Shown here: positions 58,836-64,000 of the stretch, piece after piece
How the letters are laid out: each line of letters opens with the position of its first letter
Position numbering within the stretch: position 1 is the stretch's first letter
Source of the DNA: Desulfobacteraceae bacterium
GTDB taxonomy: Bacteria > Desulfobacterota > Desulfobacteria > Desulfobacterales > SURF-7
Assembly (NCBI GenBank): GCA_003599865.1
Contig: QZKS01000012.1
Span: forward strand, 5,875-69,874
Reading direction: 5' to 3'
Length of the DNA stretch: 64,000 nucleotides
Made by a program: the position numbers and the translations under genes
Notes under the pieces: model-generated
Databases searched by the model: none
Seen by the model: only the letters and a program-made list of their open reading frames with translations
What the model was told of the DNA's origin: nothing

Positions 58836-60452
58836 TCATGACTGCCTTGTTTCCTTTAAGACGTATTTCTTCATACCAGGGATATGGATTTCATTCCAGA
58901 AGTGATTCCAGTTCAGTTTTGACGTATCAAAATCAAAGGACACCTGATCGGCTGGGGAAAGTTTTTTAAATAATTCCATTGAGTTGTCAGTGCAGAATAC
59001 CCAGCTGTTCATGGTGTATGCGGAGTACAGGTCGGAAAAACGGCATACCCGTTCCGCTCTTTTTCTGCTTTTGGTCACCCATCCCATCATATTCCGATAG
59101 GATTTCACGCTTTTTGCAAACTGACACTTCATCAGTGCCTTCTCTGCGAAACATAAGGGATACAGGTACTGCCATTGTATCTTCTGATTAAAGGCTTCCG
59201 GACTCTTATAGAATTTAATCGGGCGGACTTGAACAGGCTTCCCGCGATCCGATTTCATGGGATCTTTGTCAAAATAGGAGCGCCATATCCTGCTGATTTC
59301 CGACAGGGTTATCGGATTGGTCTGGCTGGTTCCGATCTGATACACATAGGGTTTGGATGCATCTGTCAGCACCGCGCACGCGGTAACGATCAGGCTGACC
59401 ACATAATCCACCGGAACTGTATCGATCAGGGATTTTTCCGAACCGGGAAACGCCTTGATCAGTCCCTTTCCCATGCCTACAATCAGCGGTTCCACCAGAT
59501 GGAATCCTTCCAGCCAGCCGGGCGACGGGTCTTTTACCGCACTGGTGATTCCCGGAGGCCGGACAATGGCCAGGGGAACATTTCCCTGATGTTTGACCAG
59601 GAGCATTTCTCCCATGGCCTTGCTCAGGCAGTAGGAATCGGTCCACCCATGAAGGTTTGCCCGCTGTATCCCGTAGTCCGACATTTGGGAATGAATATGT
59701 TTTTTTCGAAGGACCTCAATCTGCTCCTCCAGCGAATGGCAGATATCATCACGGCAGCCGAGCTGAAATTTCGCCTCTTTTTTGAATTGCTGCTGCATGG
59801 CCGCACCATAGGTTTCCTTCTCCACTGTTTTTGCATAGGAAAAGGCAGCATTAATTTCATCTTCCAGGGAAAACGGTATCTTTTGTCCAAGTTCATTGGC
59901 AATGCTCTGATTCGGATCAAAAGGACGTTCCATGACCTTACCGGAGCGTTTGCCGTTCACATATGCGGATGATATATAGACAAACCGCGGATGAGGAGTA
60001 ACCTCCTTTCCGAATTCCAGCAGACGCTTTGTAGCCAGAGAGTTCACCCGTATGGAATAATCCAGCCGTTCATCCCATGAAACCTGTGCCGCCACATGAA
60101 TAATGGCATCCAGTCCTCCAAAAACCGCCTGCCTTTCCGTTTCCGGTATCCCGAGGTCATCCTGAAAAAGATCACATGGAACCGCATCAATCTTTTTCTG
60201 CATGAAAGACAAGAAATCCTTTTCCCGTTTCCGCAGCCGGTCAAAAATTCCGGATGGGAGGATATCCTTTTCAAACCGGGACAAGGCTCCTTCCCGGGTA
60301 AATCCCTTGTCTTTGGAAGGCCGCACCAGCAGGATAATCTTTTCCAGATCCGGAGACTCCCATAAGAGCTTTTCCAGCACAACCTTGCCCAGAAAGCCGG
60401 TGGTTCCGGTCAGTAAGACTCTCTTGCCTTTGTAATATTCCTGGATGTTCAT
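58836..60452 (-). CDS. Fatty acyl-CoA reductase (FAR; NAD_binding_4 + C-terminal sterile-type domain), eukaryote-like
   Basis: MNIQEYYKGKRVLLTGTTGFLGKVVLEKLL closely parallels the animal and plant FAR N-terminus. YISSAYV and the YCLSK catalytic YxxxK are present. The ATG at 60452 has a GAAAGGAAAG RBS; the track start at 60509 has no support. Confidence 0.85.
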   Translation of the reverse strand: MNIQEYYKGKRVLLTGTTGFLGKVVLEKLLWESPDLEKIILLVRPSKDKGFTREGALSRFEKDILPSGIFDRLRKREKDFLSFMQKKIDAVPCDLFQDDLGIPETERQAVFGGLDAIIHVAAQVSWDERLDYSIRVNSLATKRLLEFGKEVTPHPRFVYISSAYVNGKRSGKVMERPFDPNQSIANELGQKIPFSLEDEINAAFSYAKTVEKETYGAAMQQQFKKEAKFQLGCRDDICHSLEEQIEVLRKKHIHSQMSDYGIQRANLHGWTDSYCLSKAMGEMLLVKHQGNVPLAIVRPPGITSAVKDPSPGWLEGFHLVEPLIVGMGKGLIKAFPGSEKSLIDTVPVDYVVSLIVTACAVLTDASKPYVYQIGTSQTNPITLSEISRIWRSYFDKDPMKSDRGKPVQVRPIKFYKSPEAFNQKIQWQYLYPLCFAEKALMKCQFAKSVKSYRNMMGWVTKSRKRAERVCRFSDLYSAYTMNSWVFCTDNSMELFKKLSPADQVSFDFDTSKLNWNHFWNEIHIPGMKKYVLKETRQS

Positions 60453-60683
60453 AGTCTTTCCTTTCAAAATCTTGCAATCATTCCAGTATGGCATCCTGTA
60501 AACGGGCATGCCGTATTGTAAAAGCCGTCAATAGAATTTGCGGCCCTGAAATTCAAACCAGCCAACAGTCCATGATCATGCCGGCATTAGCATATCAAGA
60601 AGCGTACCAGGGGATAAATAATTATATATTTATTATTTTCAATAGGTTAAAAACGCTTGCCTTCTCCGGAAAAATCGAATAGA

Positions 60684-60717
60684 TTTCAATTGTGAAACGA
60701 GTATTTCAATTATGAAA
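60684..60717. promoter_or_regulatory. Two tandem 14-bp palindromes (candidate activator binding sites) in the divergent intergenic region
   Basis: TTTCAATTGTGAAA (60684-60697) and TTTCAATTATGAAA (60704-60717). Each is TTTCA-N4-TGAAA, with centres 20 bp apart. Confidence 0.5.
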
Positions 60718-60816
60718 CTATTTTTTGTTTGCAATTGGCAGAAAAATCAAAATCCGGCAAACGGACAAACCAGCTCATGCACAAATAGAACTACAGAAGA
60801 ATAGAGGAAAAGAAGC

Positions 60817-62442
60817 ATGCTTGCCAAAGATTTACGGATCAATGAACTGATTCAGAGAGACCCCAAGACCGGCTTCCCGCAATACGGGGGGCAGAGGCTG
60901 CTGATTACCGGCGTGGCAACCCTGAAACGGTTTTATGAAGACCTTTACAATATGATCGGACCGGAAAGATCCAGAATCATCTTTACGCGGATGGGTTATG
61001 ACAACGGACTGGCCGGAGGGCTGGCGCTCAAGAATATGTATGAATTCGAGACCTCCGTGCAACTGATCAAAGCGCTTCCGATTGTGACCCCCATGGTGGG
61101 TATGGCAAGAGAAGTGAACAGCCGGTTTGAATATGATCCGGAAAAAAATATTTTTAACTATACCGGCGAATGGACACAATCCTTTGAATCCCTGATCTGG
61201 AACCTGCATCAAAAAGGCCCGAGCCGGACACCTCTCTGCCACATGCTGTGCGGCCTGGCCGCAGGCTATTTCAGCGCCGTGATCGGGCGGGACGTGCTGG
61301 TCAAGGAATTGTCGTGCCGGGCTCAGGGAAACGAATTCTGCCGGTTTGAGGCCCGCCCCATCGAAGAATGGGATGAGGAAAAGGACTTTTTCCATGAGAT
61401 CATCCGGACCGATTCCCTGGATGAGGAGCTGGAATTCCTGAGAAGCGAACTGAACCGGTCCCAGCAGTTCCTGCAAAAGCAGCAGCAGGAAATTCAGCGG
61501 TTAAAACAGCAGACATGCCGGCCGGAAACCATCGAGCACGGCATCATCTACCGCAGCCCCGACATGGCAAAACTGATCGAACTGGCGGAAATCGCCGCCC
61601 CCAATGACTCCACCATTCTGATCCAGGGAGAGAGCGGGACCGGAAAAGAACTGATTGCACGATATATCCATGAATGTTCCAAGCGGTCCGACGCACCGTT
61701 TCTGGCCATCAACTGCGCGGCCATCCCGGCCACACTCATCGAATCCGAACTGTTCGGGCATGAAAAAGGCGCCTTTACCGGAGCGGAAAAAAGCAAGCCC
61801 GGCCTTTTTATCCAGGCCTGCAGCGGCACCATCTTCCTGGATGAAATCGGAGAACTGCCGTTTGAAGTACAGGCCAAGCTCCTGCGCGTTCTCCAGCAGA
61901 AAGAGGTCATGCCCCTGGGGAGTGTTCAGAAGCAATCCGTGACCGCCAGGACGATTGCGGCAACCAATCAGGATCTTCAGCAGATGGTGGCGGACGGAAC
62001 ATTCCGGAAAGACCTGTTCTACCGGGTATCGGTTTTCCCTCTTTTTATCACGCCTCTCCGGCAGCGGCGGGAGGATATCCTGGTTCTGGCGCGTCACTTC
62101 CTGTCCCGCCTCAATGAAGATCACCCCGGTTTCACACCCGAAGCCGTGAGACGGATGCAGCGCTACAACTGGCCGGGAAACATCCGGGAGCTGGAAAACT
62201 GCGTGGAATACGCTTTTATTCTGTCCAGAGACACCCCGATACAGATAGAACATCTTCCGGTTTCCATCAACTTGGAAACAGACGATTCCTTCACAGGAAT
62301 GATCAGTGATTTCCCGACACCCAAGGAGCTGATCCGACGATATGCCAAACAGGTTGTCAGCCATACGGAAGGAAATAAAACCAGGGCTGCCGAAATGATG
62401 GGGATCAGCATCCCGACCCTTTGGCGGTATCTAAAGCCGTAA
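60817..62442 (+). CDS. Sigma-54-dependent transcriptional activator with XylR-N/V4R-type ligand-sensing N-domain
   Basis: The N-terminal ~190 aa ends in the Cys-containing V4R-like CHMLCGLAAGYFSAVIG...CRAQGNEFCRFEA. AAA+ domain with GESGTGKE and GAFTGA. C-terminal HTH AAEMMGISIPTLWRYLK. Confidence 0.85.
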   Translation: MLAKDLRINELIQRDPKTGFPQYGGQRLLITGVATLKRFYEDLYNMIGPERSRIIFTRMGYDNGLAGGLALKNMYEFETSVQLIKALPIVTPMVGMAREVNSRFEYDPEKNIFNYTGEWTQSFESLIWNLHQKGPSRTPLCHMLCGLAAGYFSAVIGRDVLVKELSCRAQGNEFCRFEARPIEEWDEEKDFFHEIIRTDSLDEELEFLRSELNRSQQFLQKQQQEIQRLKQQTCRPETIEHGIIYRSPDMAKLIELAEIAAPNDSTILIQGESGTGKELIARYIHECSKRSDAPFLAINCAAIPATLIESELFGHEKGAFTGAEKSKPGLFIQACSGTIFLDEIGELPFEVQAKLLRVLQQKEVMPLGSVQKQSVTARTIAATNQDLQQMVADGTFRKDLFYRVSVFPLFITPLRQRREDILVLARHFLSRLNEDHPGFTPEAVRRMQRYNWPGNIRELENCVEYAFILSRDTPIQIEHLPVSINLETDDSFTGMISDFPTPKELIRRYAKQVVSHTEGNKTRAAEMMGISIPTLWRYLKP

Positions 62443-62471
62443 GCGGGAACGGTTGGCCGGTTGAAAAGTCC

Positions 62472-62500
62472 TTGACACCCTTGGGGTTCGAAAATATAGT
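62472..62500 (+). promoter_or_regulatory. Sigma-70-type promoter of the RecQ-like gene
   Basis: TTGACA (62472-62477), a 17-nt spacer, then TATAGT (62495-62500). It lies 43 nt upstream of the ATG at 62543. Confidence 0.55.
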
Positions 62501-62542
62501 CGGCGCATCAATGGAATAGCATTTGATCCGGACAATGCAAAA

Positions 62543-64000
62543 ATGACCTTTTCCGATATTATCGCCCGAACACTGCTGCTGGATCTGGAAACAACGCGGA
62601 CCGGAAGAATCCGTCACATCGGAGCTGTTTTCGGTAATCACGTATTTGAAAAAACCGAAAAAGCCGGTTCAAAGGCGGTGCTGGACCAGCTCGGCTTCCT
62701 TGCCCGGGATGCCGACTTTATTCTGGGTCACAATCTGCTGGGCCATGATTTCCCGATTCTGAAAGCATCATCACCGGATCTTCCGCTTCTCAACAAGCCC
62801 GTAATCGATACGCTTTATCTTTCACCGCTTGCCTTTCCTCAAAACCCTTACCACCGACTGGTCAAGAATTACAAACTGGTCCGTTCCTCCGTCAACAACC
62901 CGGTTGAAGATGCCAGGCTGGCGGCTTCTGTTTTTGCCGACCAGTGGGATAGTTTTACGGCCTTGGCAGGCGAAAAACCGGCGCTCATCGATTTTAACCG
63001 TTTCTGTTTTCATGAAAGCATGTTCAACAACTTTTCCGGAACAGGGCTTGCAACGGTTTTTTCCATGATTACCCCGGAAGTGATCCAATCGCCGGAACAG
63101 GCATGGCAATGTTTCACAAATCACTCCACAGGAATCGTATGCAGCAATGCCGCCCGGGAAACAATACCCCGGCTGTTATCCAATCCGGAAAAACGTCCGG
63201 CAGCCGCATACAGCCTGGCATGGCTTCAGGTTGCCGGAGGCAATTCCGTCCTTCCGCCCTGGGTCCGCCATCGATTTCCGGAAATACCAGGCATCATCAA
63301 AGCATTGCGGGAAAGCCCATGCGGCAGCCCAGACTGCGATTACTGTTCGGAAAACCATGACCCGGAAAAACAACTGGCCCGTTTTTTCGGTTATCCCTCA
63401 TTTCGGGAAAAGCCGCTCAGCCGGAAGGGGCAAAGCCTGCAGAAAGCCATTGTTCAGGATTGCATGGGAGACAAACCGGTTCTGGGGATTCTGCCCACCG
63501 GCGGCGGAAAATCCCTTTGCTACCAGCTTCCGGCACTAGTTCGATACTGGCGTCGCGGAACCCTGACAGTGGTGATCTCCCCTCTCCAGGCCCTGATGAA
63601 AGACCAGGTGGATAACCTCGTCAAAAAGACCGGAACCCTTTTTGCCGAATCCATCTCCGGACTCCAGACATCACCCGAACGCGGAGAAGTGTTTGAACGG
63701 ATCAGGCTGGGTGATACGGCCATTTTATATATATCTCCGGAACAGCTCCGCAGCACCGGCGTCCGAAATATTCTGCGTCAGCGCGAAATCGGATGCTGGG
63801 TGTTTGATGAAGCACACTGCCTGTCCAAATGGGGTCATGATTTCAGACCGGACTATCTGTATGCCGCCCGCTTCATCCGGGAGTTCGCCAATGAGCAGAA
63901 TCAACCCCTGCCGCCGGTATGCTGCTTTACGGCCACTGCCAAAACAAGCGTCATTGAGGAAATTGAAGCCCATTTTCGGGAAGAACTCGACCAGGAGTTG
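62543..64000 (+). CDS. RecQ-family DNA helicase with N-terminal DEDD (DnaQ-like) 3'-5' exonuclease domain; 3' end lies beyond the window
   Basis: Absent from the ORF track (no stop in window); 486 codons are open to the window edge. Exonuclease motifs LLLDLETT, ILGHNLLGHDF and NPVEDARLAA. Helicase motifs ILPTGGGKSLCYQLPAL (I), VISPLQALMKDQ (Ia), DEAHCLSKWGHDFRPDY (II, DEAH) and FTATA (III). Confidence 0.85.
   Translation, partial: MTFSDIIARTLLLDLETTRTGRIRHIGAVFGNHVFEKTEKAGSKAVLDQLGFLARDADFILGHNLLGHDFPILKASSPDLPLLNKPVIDTLYLSPLAFPQNPYHRLVKNYKLVRSSVNNPVEDARLAASVFADQWDSFTALAGEKPALIDFNRFCFHESMFNNFSGTGLATVFSMITPEVIQSPEQAWQCFTNHSTGIVCSNAARETIPRLLSNPEKRPAAAYSLAWLQVAGGNSVLPPWVRHRFPEIPGIIKALRESPCGSPDCDYCSENHDPEKQLARFFGYPSFREKPLSRKGQSLQKAIVQDCMGDKPVLGILPTGGGKSLCYQLPALVRYWRRGTLTVVISPLQALMKDQVDNLVKKTGTLFAESISGLQTSPERGEVFERIRLGDTAILYISPEQLRSTGVRNILRQREIGCWVFDEAHCLSKWGHDFRPDYLYAARFIREFANEQNQPLPPVCCFTATAKTSVIEEIEAHFREELDQEL

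Noticed and set aside
60497-60512. Possible minus-strand sigma-54 promoter GGCATG-CCCG-TTTAC in front of the FAR operon.
   Set aside because: The -24 element is acceptable, but the near-invariant GC at -12 is replaced by TA. It is kept only as a remark in the findings and not called as a feature.

Overview
This 64-kb window looks like chromosomal DNA from a sigma-54-rich, probably deltaproteobacterial (Desulfobacterota-like) genome. The taxon is inferred only from gene content and order. No transposase, integrase, prophage or CRISPR array is visible. About half the window is ordinary housekeeping: pyrK-pyrD, tRNA-Arg(CCG), folC, rpsU and adk on the minus strand. A long plus-strand block follows: rho-rpmE-prfA-prmC, rpsB-tsf-pyrH-frr-uppS-cdsA-dxr-rseP, and purL-purQ. 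Further on come a dCache histidine kinase with an NtrC-type regulator, gdhA, typA and a fused hisH-hisF. All calls rest on motif and family recognition by eye plus manual translation; no searches were run.

Regions worth a second look:
1. A 1,028-codon ORF fuses a PyrK module to a Zn-ribbon adenine-methyltransferase-like N-terminus whose DPPY motif is degenerate.
2. A minor-pilin operon (FimT/GspH-like, PilW, PilV, PilX) sits behind a consensus sigma-54 promoter. It ends in a roughly 1,890-aa modular PilY1-like adhesin.
3. A tiny-ORF locus next to the tRNA has terminators on both strands, suggesting a small protein with a cis-antisense RNA or a type I toxin-antitoxin pair.
4. Two proteins share a Walker-A-less KaiC/RecA-like N-domain. 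One is fused to HTH plus cupin, the other to a PEP/pyruvate-binding ATP-grasp domain.
5. Split archaeal-type glutamate synthase genes flank a GAF-ANTAR regulator, with a terminator in the leader.
6. An operon encodes a fatty acyl-CoA reductase (FAR), an SDR, an acyl-CoA dehydrogenase and a FATP-type acyl-CoA synthetase, all eukaryote-like except the dehydrogenase. A XylR/V4R-type sigma-54 activator lies divergent to it.
7. A WRN-like exonuclease-RecQ gene is cut off by the window edge.

Two edge-truncated genes (1-1046 minus, 62543-64000 plus) are missing from the supplied ORF track and were found by manual translation.
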